Of a stretch of 64,000 nt of DNA, positions 55,501-63,502 are shown one piece after another. The position numbers and the translations under genes were made by a program. The notes under the pieces are model-generated. The model made no database searches. It was not told the DNA's origin and was given only the letters and a program-made list of their open reading frames with translations. Source of the DNA: a virus (taxonomy: Duplodnaviria > Caudoviricetes); the IMG/VR virus record IMGVR_UViG_3300025723_000013; one strand, given 5' to 3'. The stretch's first letter is position 1, and each line of letters begins with the position of its first letter.

Positions 55501-58500
55501 TAATCCTCCCGGCATGATAAAGCCAGCAGCGTTGTTGTAGGGCTTTTGTGTAAAATTAGTAGAATCAGTCAGTATTGTTTCAGTATCGTTGTTACTACCG
55601 AAATGATATGATCTACGAGTTCGTTTCTGGTCCGAGATCACATTGTTTACGCCGCCTTGACTTTGAAACTTGTATGACAAGTATTCTCCGGTGTAGCTTG
55701 CAGTGGTAATACCATTCACTGATACCACCAAACCTCCGCAATATCTATCGGTATACATGGTAGGATTGCCCATACCTCTCTGGAAATAATATCCCGATTG
55801 TGACACGCCTCCTGCCACTAGCCCAAAGCCTGTGAATGGAAAGCCATTCCAGATAGTGGCTGTGAATGGAGGACAAGTAATGTGTTTGGTTGAATTTGAA
55901 TAGAACGCAGTCATGCCGCCCAGTACTCGATTCCAGTCGGCGTCGGTATATGTGGTAGGCAAGCCCTGATCCATTTGTGCCCACACTAGATGCATGTGGT
56001 TATAGCCCTTCCAGCTATAGTTGCCAAAGTTGTAATTGGCTCTTGTGCCAAAATTGATACCACTAGGTGCCGACACTGATGCCAATTGACCATGCACCAA
56101 ATTGCTTGGCGGATTATTCTGCACCAGTGCTGAAAAGATCGCTCCAAGGGTAAGATAACTTGGATTTTGAGCCCCGCCTTCGATGGGATTAAATGTGGCC
56201 GTAAATGTGCCAACGGTTCCTACGGATTTGTATTCTGCAGTGGCTGCATTTTGATTGGGCTTATAGTAAAAATTCCACATGGCACCGTTTATCAAAGGCG
56301 CAGTGACAGAAGCGGTACCTTGGAAAAAAGTAGTTGAACTTGATAGTGTTAATCCGGTAAATCCTGTGCCTGGAGTCGGTGTGGTTGGAACCGTGGCATC
56401 GACTTCGTCAAATGTTACCGCTACAAATAATCCGTTGTTAGAAAGATTACTGGTTAATGTATTATTAGACACTGTGACGCTGATGGCATTGGTATTGGTA
56501 CCAGATGGCACGTTTCTTTGTAAATTTATAGCAGATGCAACTACAGGATTAGCAGCTACTCCTGTTATTTCAAACACACTAAAAGCAACCCAGTCTTCAA
56601 AAGCTCCCGATGTCGGGGCCATATTGACAGTATAGGTTCCGCTGGACACATTACTTGCTGCCCAATGTCCGACTGATTGAGTTCCTTGTATGCCTAAGTT
56701 AAGTCCGACAAGATCATCATATCTACCAAGAAAATTATAATTATTAACTCCGTCAGTAGCAGTCATAGTTGGATACAAACTATAATAATTTGGCCAAGTT
56801 CCTACCACATACAAAGTGCTGCCTGCCTGCACATTGTTTAGTGTCACGTTCCAGTTTGAACTGATAGCCCCTCCTTGCGGGTAATATCCATTGTACTGTG
56901 ACATCTGTCTTATTGTGGGATTATTATTGGCAACAACAACAAATGCGAAGAGAGACGTACCACCGCCGGGAGCAGGATTTACTACATCAAGTGAAATAGT
57001 GTTAGGCTGTGCCACAAATGAACTGGGAAGTACACAATTCAATGTTGAACTGCTGACATAGGTGGTTGCAGTCAGCAGTGTTGCATTGGCATAAATCTGA
57101 GATCCGGGGATGAATCCGCTGCCGAATAATGTCAAGTTAATAGAATTGCTACTGGTTGTGATGATACTGGGCGAAACTTGTGAAATACTTGGAAAAGGAT
57201 TTCCGCTGGGAATTGTGGATGTGGTAACATTAAAGACAGATGCGGCCGATACTCCCCCGCCGGGTGCAGGATTTGTCACGGTAATGGCCAGCGCGGCCAC
57301 ATTGGTCAATAGCAACGACGCCAATGTGGCTGTGAATAGACTGTTACCAACATAGGTGCTGGGAATATTGGATCCATTGACTTGCACAGTGGAACTAGAC
57401 ACATATCCATTACCGGTCAATGTTATAATGGTTGTAGAAGTACCTGCAACCACAGTGGATGGGTTGATACTGCTGATAGACGGAACTGGATTTACTGCAA
57501 CAACAGTAAAGATTGTTCCGTTGGATGTACCTCCGCCAGGTGATGGATTGACCACCGTGACGGTTGCGGTCGCTGCGTTGCTCAGTTGACCTGCAGGGAT
57601 CGTGGCCTGGATTTGTGTAGAAGTGTTAACATTAATTGCTAACGAACTGCTGTTATAATAAACTAAAGAACCGGCAACAAAACCTGTTCCTGATATGGTC
57701 AGTGTGGCGCCGGAAGCTCCGGCTATGGCTGTCAATGGAACTATAGAGCTTACCGAAGGAGTTGGATTTACTCCGCTAGATCCATTGATTGACAACGGTT
57801 CGTTGTAGAAATAGTAAGCACCCGCCGGTCCTAGGTTGCTGTAGATGACCGGCACGGTGCCCGAAGCGCCACCCGTGGCTCCCTGAACCACTTGATAGGC
57901 CTGGGTCACAGTGGATCCAGACCATGAACCATTTACCCAGTTATTGCCAAGGAATGTGGCATATGTTGGGACATTGCTATTCAAGGTTCCTGTTTGTGAA
58001 GGGGTTCCGGTAGTGGTTGAAACATAAGTTAAATCAGTACTGCCCACGTGCAGTATCGTGGCCGTTCCTTGGAACACTCCATTAAACCCAGTTCCTCCAG
58101 TGATGCCAGAAATATTAACGGTGGCCAGATATCCCGGCAAAAAACTTCCCTTGGTATATCCCACGGTCACTGTATTACCTGACACCTTGACACTGGTGAT
58201 TGGATTTATGATAGTGCCAACATACGCATCATTGCGGAAAGCTGCGTAGTTTAGAGGGGTTCCTTGTATTTCAATGTTGTTATTCTGTAGTGTGGCACCG
58301 CCTGTGCCCACGTCATATCCATAAACATCGCCAATCCAAAAATGCACTCTATTAGTGATCAATCTATTCCCGGTAAAACTCAGCCCTGTGCCGTTATTTG
58401 ATAAACCCAACACATAGCACAATGCCGTGGCATCTACGCCAGTAGCTGCAAACAAATTGCTGTTGTATGTGTTGTTGGTCACTGTGTTGGTAGCACCTTG

Positions 58501-60729
58501 ATAATACAATCCACGTGCTGTGCTATTTTGATAGGAGTTGCTCACAGGATTGAACACAGTGCCTTGCATGGCGTGTGTCCAAATAGTGTTGGTAGAAATG
58601 GTATTGTTTTGCGGATTGCCAAATTTCATGGTGAATCCGTCGGCATAGTTTTCATAATCGTCTAATTGACCGGTAGGCGACGGGAATTGATTTCCAATTC
58701 TAGTATACATGCCTTCAAACCAATTGTGATACACAGTGGTTGGCTGCCCTGCAGGACTGCTAACATTCATAAAACAAGACTGCGGATGGCAGCCGGTAAA
58801 GTACATGTTGTTGTTATAAATTTTTTGACTGTATGGTACCACCAATCGTCCACTAGTGGTACTGATCCAGGTAGCACTGGATGAGCCAATGAGCGGCATT
58901 ATTGATCCATTGGTCCACCAGGTGTCATGCCAAAATTCATTTTCGTATACGTTGGCCGAGATACCATTAATGGCAACATCTCTACCGGATATAAATCTAT
59001 TCCATCTAATTATTGGCCAACCTTCTTGTCCCACTATATTGGCCTGGAATTGACGATCTTGCACGGTCCACCCGTGATCTTCAAATGTGCAATATTCGAT
59101 CATGCTGGTGTAGGGATATGGAGTACCTTTGGTATTTTGATTATCGGTCAACAACACGCATTGTGCATCACAAATTGCTCCGCAGGAATAGGTATTCCAA
59201 TAGAAATACAGTCCTCGCAGTTGCAAGAACATGTAATAAGCATAGAATTTGATCGGAGAAGGACCAGTTCCATATAGTCCCTGTCGCATATTGGTCGAGC
59301 GACCTGCTCCGTTGCGAATTGTTCCATTGATAATTTCAATAAAGCCGTTGTACTGATATGATCCATATCCGCCAATGCCATATGCTTCTGCCGAATTGTC
59401 GCCGGTGGCAAATGTGTTGCTGGTTCCATACGTGACAGTGTGACCGTTGAGATCAATAACGATGTTACTGACACTGAGCGGAATGTTGATGCACCATGTT
59501 GGGCTGGTCAAATCGCAAGTTAGGGTATAATAGCAATTGCTGGCAGTACACACATATTGTTGACCATTGGTGTATCCGCCGTCCACGGCGTTGGAATTGG
59601 TATTTTGTATGGTGATTGAACGGGCTAGCCCGGTATTGAGAGCCGTTACTGTTTGCTTCCCTGCTGGTAATCTTAGTGGGCCCACTGCAGATAGATCATT
59701 TGGCGCGGCCAATCCTACCGATGTACCGGTAATCCATGCAGGAATGGCGGGGAAAAACCATGGTCTCAAACTGGTTTTATAGTATGTGGAACTGGTGAGT
59801 CCGGTGCCTACTCCGGACGGTGATACTCCCAATGCAAATCGACTCTGTATGGTTTGACCTTGTGAATCTCTAACTTGCACATACAATAAATTTCCTTCAG
59901 TGACTCCCGGAGTACCACTGACCATGCCGGTCGAACTGTTAATGGTCCACACATTTTGCGGAATAGCAGGCACAGTGGTGCCAGTGGTCCAAAAATTAAT
60001 AGGAACACCTGTATAATTACTGCTGGCAGTGGTAGTAGCCAATGGAGGCTGGTAAAACGAGTAATTGTACGGCGGGTATCCACCTTGAACCTGCACAGCG
60101 GCAGAAAATGCTGTGTTTTGCACAGGACTATTTCCATTTGCATCGGATAGCACATAGCAGTCAACTATGGTGGCCAGTGCATTGGATGAGAATGTGATTG
60201 GGGAGTTGGTATATCCTGAATTTGGAAATGGCTGTGATATTTGAACAGTGGAACTGTCGAGGATGGCTGTAACGTAAACTCCATTTATTGTGTATACCAA
60301 TACATTATTGAGATTGGGATCGGTTGAAGTAAGGAATTGACCCACTACTATTCCGGTAGTGGTTGTTAAATTGGTTATGGTTATACTGTTTTTGGTAAAT
60401 GTGCCCGAAGTAACAGTTTTAAATGAAGGTATTCCGCCTGTTTGGTTGGTATATTGGATGGTTCCTGATGCGCTTGATCCGCCGGTTATAATGAAAGTGC
60501 CATTGTAACCGATTAGGCCATTTCCTAGCATGCCAGTAACTACAACAGTGTTGCCGATTTTGGGATTTATTGGATTGAAAGGTTTAACGGTAATAGTCAC
60601 GGTGGTTCCGCTAACAGTTGCGGATGTTATGGAGTTTGTAGAACCGTTTTGTAGGTCATAGACCTGTTGGAATACCAACGGTCCTGGAACCGTTGTAGGA
60701 GACCCCATCATCATGTTGAGTAAACTCAT
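49576..60729 (-). CDS. Giant (3717 aa) multidomain receptor-binding/depolymerase protein: putative Ig, parallel beta-helix, about 7 IPT/TIG, two GH5 domains
   Basis: GH5 signatures twice (LRG.N, R..N, ILD.H, FEIFNEPY, HGWHAYP, (I/M)TEDGG); IPT repeats ending V.NP.PGGG.S; beta-helix-like Asn-ladder region at about 58250-59570. Confidence 0.85.
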   Translation of the reverse strand: MSLLNMMMGSPTTVPGPLVFQQVYDLQNGSTNSITSATVSGTTVTITVKPFNPINPKIGNTVVVTGMLGNGLIGYNGTFIITGGSSASGTIQYTNQTGGIPSFKTVTSGTFTKNSITITNLTTTTGIVVGQFLTSTDPNLNNVLVYTINGVYVTAILDSSTVQISQPFPNSGYTNSPITFSSNALATIVDCYVLSDANGNSPVQNTAFSAAVQVQGGYPPYNYSFYQPPLATTTASSNYTGVPINFWTTGTTVPAIPQNVWTINSSTGMVSGTPGVTEGNLLYVQVRDSQGQTIQSRFALGVSPSGVGTGLTSSTYYKTSLRPWFFPAIPAWITGTSVGLAAPNDLSAVGPLRLPAGKQTVTALNTGLARSITIQNTNSNAVDGGYTNGQQYVCTASNCYYTLTCDLTSPTWCINIPLSVSNIVIDLNGHTVTYGTSNTFATGDNSAEAYGIGGYGSYQYNGFIEIINGTIRNGAGRSTNMRQGLYGTGPSPIKFYAYYMFLQLRGLYFYWNTYSCGAICDAQCVLLTDNQNTKGTPYPYTSMIEYCTFEDHGWTVQDRQFQANIVGQEGWPIIRWNRFISGRDVAINGISANVYENEFWHDTWWTNGSIMPLIGSSSATWISTTSGRLVVPYSQKIYNNNMYFTGCHPQSCFMNVSSPAGQPTTVYHNWFEGMYTRIGNQFPSPTGQLDDYENYADGFTMKFGNPQNNTISTNTIWTHAMQGTVFNPVSNSYQNSTARGLYYQGATNTVTNNTYNSNLFAATGVDATALCYVLGLSNNGTGLSFTGNRLITNRVHFWIGDVYGYDVGTGGATLQNNNIEIQGTPLNYAAFRNDAYVGTIINPITSVKVSGNTVTVGYTKGSFLPGYLATVNISGITGGTGFNGVFQGTATILHVGSTDLTYVSTTTGTPSQTGTLNSNVPTYATFLGNNWVNGSWSGSTVTQAYQVVQGATGGASGTVPVIYSNLGPAGAYYFYNEPLSINGSSGVNPTPSVSSIVPLTAIAGASGATLTISGTGFVAGSLVYYNSSSLAINVNTSTQIQATIPAGQLSNAATATVTVVNPSPGGGTSNGTIFTVVAVNPVPSISSINPSTVVAGTSTTIITLTGNGYVSSSTVQVNGSNIPSTYVGNSLFTATLASLLLTNVAALAITVTNPAPGGGVSAASVFNVTTSTIPSGNPFPSISQVSPSIITTSSNSINLTLFGSGFIPGSQIYANATLLTATTYVSSSTLNCVLPSSFVAQPNTISLDVVNPAPGGGTSLFAFVVVANNNPTIRQMSQYNGYYPQGGAISSNWNVTLNNVQAGSTLYVVGTWPNYYSLYPTMTATDGVNNYNFLGRYDDLVGLNLGIQGTQSVGHWAASNVSSGTYTVNMAPTSGAFEDWVAFSVFEITGVAANPVVASAINLQRNVPSGTNTNAISVTVSNNTLTSNLSNNGLFVAVTFDEVDATVPTTPTPGTGFTGLTLSSSTTFFQGTASVTAPLINGAMWNFYYKPNQNAATAEYKSVGTVGTFTATFNPIEGGAQNPSYLTLGAIFSALVQNNPPSNLVHGQLASVSAPSGINFGTRANYNFGNYSWKGYNHMHLVWAQMDQGLPTTYTDADWNRVLGGMTAFYSNSTKHITCPPFTATIWNGFPFTGFGLVAGGVSQSGYYFQRGMGNPTMYTDRYCGGLVVSVNGITTASYTGEYLSYKFQSQGGVNNVISDQKRTRRSYHFGSNNDTETILTDSTNFTQKPYNNAAGFIMPGGLTGATNLNWPGYNNASNVSGSLSTSTSNQVPDVTQWNRWEHAVKWRVGSTGTVLSRVNGNAATGAGTLYFGNSTIKPPLSVLPAIDPAGLLDINPVWNAPYTDASGNQNNAGMTLGSEMDSSAYLGKLFNVNGQNQVYFTNPYTANFADIYYDFTAARVEISDGTYSEPQCLVSWSGTAISYVFNQGQLSTGTNRTLYVYDQNERVIYSTPVNILSTASMTLLAHNQTFVITSTATGMTFTNKLLSSPVAWDNGSINSVLTATWTDAALPDLSDPVIAANTSAAMAYRAVPFVRPSINYPAGTVDTPTTIYGPNNRVQNIIGGLGIGSGNRGYDQLLSVKYPYLGVPHTLMATWWERADPYWSSSSGISNGSYVGLVFANTSTVNFVSSSALPSGYTTGSYIVSNLFPSGTTITNIAISGSTATLTLSNKALNNGTNAVLYQATFGGQITYNSSTITNCSQFIFANPGLYISNSNGYFPQNTYITNINQAAGTVTVSSTASSSSAGTVGILTSDNNYKYFGVYNNSFYNNQGGTGFYFAYATPFNGQYSTTTSWTVNDESYPNPSLTLPGSAYGTPIPSQSTTLSGWSQKTVYIKFTGAGGTIVAYDGDSLTNYLPVITSATNLNTQSTAVMLGGYNRTPLNSNSWRYFANCFVDVGDGDIYLTDNTSWSNSTIREIQPWINWTSTSITIQVNGGRFEDGRAVYLHYRLPPWSRQGDSAILGPFQMTSVASPVINNLSPSNALQGSTTATVTVNGSNFVSNSVVRINGVPVTTNFASTNKLTFALPTSSLSSATVLNITVLSPGLGGGISSAVPLYINGISTKVSGNTLVDQNGNFVQLRGANFSSLAFAPVSALTTATANYVSQWGGQIPDWSVFQTWKPNVARISLNAAAWLGLTTYNQNNGAWANSFNCDYWGNYKQTVYTAIAAAQAVGCYVILDLHCSAPSITLGGVTHLLTPTGKSEFMNTNTDLSFWISMAQTFGTNNPSPYPGITNAAVLFEIFNEPYLDINGSVSTATAYSLMLQGGSFPPNLPFGVDVDNGISIISSTSIGILGYTQVVNAIRANGANNVCIINGAYRTQSAQNYTSWFPTDSLSTGTSGSQLAHGWHAYPVGNPQSAYPYTITGSIYGKTGTDDTSQGWDHWYQQILNAGIPVLITEDGGLGGTSASQGEPHITFMENWSDQNNVSYIASQYTANQNYNIASCQYYLTQYATAANTSPPSVVPIQGAGVAVYNWTKNHVNPTAPTPRLLSMSPTQTASTLSSITLTVTGTNFTSNSVINWNGVALPTFFGSSTGLTATVTATNLINPGSFPVTVSTPGATTVSLPLTFTVSGNVYSSYYLSRLSAAVGSPDITVTLQSIPGTVFPSYRGVTWNGSGDTLDQSHSLSSTQISPTQIQAIIPAHLLSVPNAAPISVDIQVGAYGIGQIPQIYPIQTFVAQPVTTASLTVKVASSGGIFVDANNNYLQLRGVNLGGLQYAVRNNNEIIWEGIVPRYAVLAKWKCSIVRIPMNAGSWLGITCWDVDTTVRNSQGFFTQWANAPSRNADLYGSTRAATIAAVQAAQALGCRVILEIHWSAPYLTLTDPVTGTPSRRLATPIGQSAFMNADTDLDFWKSIANTFGTQAPPVAPGIQNDGIIFEIFNEPYLDSNSSNQPFVRNLMLNGGSWPANTQWGYDIDTAATVVSQAPINVLGYQQVIDAIRTTGAQNVCVINGPTFTQQAQNYKGWFPTDKILVGGNLQVASNPQLAHGWHAYPGGGFPTQSYPYTADPSWIYGKTGGDAYQGTSNFDYWYKQLQAANIPVIMTEDGGLIGPQATQGEPHIDFMTKWADQNNASYVAWNWTSPQNPAYNVNFGLTQYDASGNYIPGQGAGVAVYNWLTNHTTATVPTPQLLGISPTNIAHGSTNITLTVTGKFFVSGPPGTTVNWNGVALSTTYNSSTQVTAVIPSTYLASAGTAAITLTSPGAVYPSTTSTFTIN

Positions 60730-60731
60730 TC

Positions 60732-61772
60732 TTAACTCAACCCTGCTCCGGACGCTATTCCTTCGGAGCCAGAATTAAACCAAATGGTACACAATCCATA
60801 TGCAGCCAGCGTCCGTGTACCAGTGCTGGCAGTACCCGCTAGGCGTAAAGTATTAATGCCCGAAGCAATAGCAATTGATGCAGTGGACACATTGTATATA
60901 CTGACAACATTTCCTTGACTAAACACTGCATTTGGAACAGTAATTGTGCCAGAGGCAACAACGCATTTGCCATTGTCGGTCAACGACAGTGTTGTACTTG
61001 TAGAAGCAGGTACCGAGTTTGATGCAGCGCTACCGATATAACCAAGAGATCCGGAATAACCAGTGGGAGGACCTTGAGATCCAGCATAACCTATGCCTGT
61101 AGATCCTATATATCCATAACTACCTACAAATCCAGTAGTACCTGTAGAACCCACTGAGCCAATGTATCCTGCACTGCCTACAAACCCAGATGCAGTGCTA
61201 GCTGATCCTGTATAGCCGACTGATCCTGTGTAGCCGATACTGCCTGTATAACCTGTTGCTGTGCTAGCTGATCCAGTATAACCAGTTGATCCGGTATAAC
61301 CGCGTGATCCTGTGTAGCCTGTAGCGGTACTAGCTGATCCAGTATAGCCGCCTGCAGGACCAAGAGATCCGGTATATCCAGTACTGCCGCTTCCAGTATA
61401 GCCAGTTGACCCAGCATATCCTATAGAACCAAGATATCCTGATGCTGTACTGGCTGATCCTGTGTATCCTATTGATCCCGCATAGCCAATTGAACCGGCA
61501 AATCCTAAGGATCCTGTGTATCCCGAGGCAGTGCTGGCAGATCCTGTATATCCTGCACTTCCTGCATATCCAACCGATCCAATATACCCCGAGGCAGTGC
61601 TGGCCGATCCTGTATAACCATTTCCATTAAATGTGGATCCTCTTGCTAATATATCGGCTACGGTGGCACGTTTGGTAACAGGAACATTGCCTGTTAAATC
61701 TACAACGGGCATAATGACATTTTGTAGATTAGTGCTTGTAGATAATCCAGGTAAATTTTCAATAGTTGGCAT
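60732..61772 (-). CDS. Collagen-like (Gly-X-Y) tail fibre protein
   Basis: N-terminal attachment-type motif, about 200 aa of GYTGSx repeats, C-terminal domain ending RTLAAYG..SGAGLS. Confidence 0.8.
   Translation of the reverse strand: MPTIENLPGLSTSTNLQNVIMPVVDLTGNVPVTKRATVADILARGSTFNGNGYTGSASTASGYIGSVGYAGSAGYTGSASTASGYTGSLGFAGSIGYAGSIGYTGSASTASGYLGSIGYAGSTGYTGSGSTGYTGSLGPAGGYTGSASTATGYTGSRGYTGSTGYTGSASTATGYTGSIGYTGSVGYTGSASTASGFVGSAGYIGSVGSTGTTGFVGSYGYIGSTGIGYAGSQGPPTGYSGSLGYIGSAASNSVPASTSTTLSLTDNGKCVVASGTITVPNAVFSQGNVVSIYNVSTASIAIASGINTLRLAGTASTGTRTLAAYGLCTIWFNSGSEGIASGAGLS
61029..61619 (-). repeat. Coding tandem repeat GY(T/A/I)GS(x), punctuated by ASTA(S/T)
   Basis: Visible at protein level and as GGATC/TATAC-rich repeats in the DNA. 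Confidence 0.9.
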
Positions 61773-61788
61773 TCAAATTCTCCATAAT

Positions 61789-63501
61789 TTAACTGAAAAG
61801 AGGAGTTCCGTCTTCGGTTAATAGATCTCCCGAAACTCCCAACACCGAACTGGTGAGAATTAGCGATGGACCATTTTCAATATTTATATTAGAACTGGTA
61901 GTTGAGGCAAATATTAGATAATTGGTTCCTGTGGTGGTAAGATTGTCATTGACAATCAATCTATCAATTTGGAAATTTATATTGGTAAAATCAAAATTGC
62001 TAGAATTAATATTGTTTAGAATCATAGATCCACTACCAGGCAAAGTGTAGCATAATGGAACCGCTAGTGTGTATCCAGGAGGAACCCCTCGGGAATCTTG
62101 TATAGTTCTCATCCATCTTGGCAATTGATAAAAATCAGTGTTGGCAAGATTATTTCCAATTTGATCAGATTCAAATGCTTTACGCATGTTAGCGATACTG
62201 TTAGGGTAGGTGACAATATTGCCTATGTCCACTGCCGAAAGAAAATATCCGGATGCATTTTCTAAAGGATCTATGATTTGAGCATATATCACATCATAAA
62301 CATGATTTCCGTAGTCATCATTTCCTTGACCAATCATGATATCGCCAAAAAATAATTGTTTTTTATAAAAACATTGGCTCATAACATAGGCGTATTGCAG
62401 CAACGTATCCTGTTGTATTCCATATTCTAGATATAATTTTATATTTTGTTGTATCCCAAAGTTTGGATCCGAAATTCGATATATTAATGCAGGATTAAAA
62501 ATTGAGAAATCATTTATAAATGAAGAATAATTATATCTTGTATTAAGACCCAAAAACGGCTGTGCATATATCTGGGTGTATAAACTGGTATCATACGCTG
62601 TTACTTCTATATAAAAATCTTTAGAAATAGACTGTTGATATTGATCAGTGGCAGTGACCACAAAATTGTATTGCCCTAGTGCTGATCCGTATAAAACTCT
62701 GCCTATAATTGATCCATCTAAACCCATTGTAAGACCAGGAGGAAGAGATCCTCCGGTTATATTGTATCTTATTGAAAGATTTCCACTGGAATGTGATGCC
62801 TGAACTGCTATCTCGCTTAGATAGCCTAAATTCAAATTGCCTAAATTTTGTGGAGATGTAAATGCTATTGTGTTATCAATAGATCCTTTAATGGTAAGAC
62901 TAAAATCTTGATTAATATATGAACTTATCGCATGTAAAACATCTTGTTTATCTATTCTGATGGTGAAATTATATGTGTTACTGTATATAGGCAAATATGG
63001 CAGATTACTGTAAAATACTCCTGACTGATTATCTAAATTAAAATACGGAGGCAGCTGATTTTGTCTCCAATAAGACGCTGTAAATGTTGCTGTGGATTGA
63101 TGAGCTGTTGTGCATATGTAGCTTATGCCGCTGCCTTGGATCCTACTCCAAGTTGATCCGTTATACACAACAAGATCACCCAATTGAAAATTGACCGGGC
63201 CGGCTCCTAGATTTTGTTTACCCGGAACATTTACAATATACATGGTATTGGTATTGAGAAATTGTCCATTGCTTAATTTTGGAATATTAGATAGAGCGTT
63301 CCATCCGCCATTGAAATTGAAATTTTGCGGGGAATAAACCACCCAGTCGCCGAGATTATAGCTAGTGAAAGGAGACCATAAATTTTCGCCAGCACAAGAG
63401 TAATTTGTAGGTCCAATAGCAGGATAAGGATCATAGCTTTTTAACTGAAAAATATGTTTATTGGCAGCTCTAATGGATCCTAAATTTATTGTAGATGACA
63501 T
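61789..63501 (-). CDS. Baseplate wedge-like protein with putative Ig domain
   Basis: GGSLPPGLTMGLDGSIIG Ig-type motif; C-terminal 'LPRWM..IQ..GY..AVPLCY..PG' and 'F.IDRLIV' region; SD GGAG. Confidence 0.65.
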   Translation of the reverse strand: MSSTINLGSIRAANKHIFQLKSYDPYPAIGPTNYSCAGENLWSPFTSYNLGDWVVYSPQNFNFNGGWNALSNIPKLSNGQFLNTNTMYIVNVPGKQNLGAGPVNFQLGDLVVYNGSTWSRIQGSGISYICTTAHQSTATFTASYWRQNQLPPYFNLDNQSGVFYSNLPYLPIYSNTYNFTIRIDKQDVLHAISSYINQDFSLTIKGSIDNTIAFTSPQNLGNLNLGYLSEIAVQASHSSGNLSIRYNITGGSLPPGLTMGLDGSIIGRVLYGSALGQYNFVVTATDQYQQSISKDFYIEVTAYDTSLYTQIYAQPFLGLNTRYNYSSFINDFSIFNPALIYRISDPNFGIQQNIKLYLEYGIQQDTLLQYAYVMSQCFYKKQLFFGDIMIGQGNDDYGNHVYDVIYAQIIDPLENASGYFLSAVDIGNIVTYPNSIANMRKAFESDQIGNNLANTDFYQLPRWMRTIQDSRGVPPGYTLAVPLCYTLPGSGSMILNNINSSNFDFTNINFQIDRLIVNDNLTTTGTNYLIFASTTSSNINIENGPSLILTSSVLGVSGDLLTEDGTPLFS

Positions 63502-63502
63502 A

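Noticed and set aside
61029-61619. CRISPR array or non-coding tandem repeat
   Set aside because: The repeats are in-frame, degenerate at third positions and encode Gly-X-Y; there is no repeat-spacer structure.
113-61821. Many 60-130 aa opposite-strand or alternate-frame ORFs in the track (e.g. 113-370, 5070-5372, 24965-25510, 32330-32662, 52289-52645)
   Set aside because: They lie wholly inside long, motif-bearing genes and have no recognisable motifs or RBS; treated as shadow ORFs.
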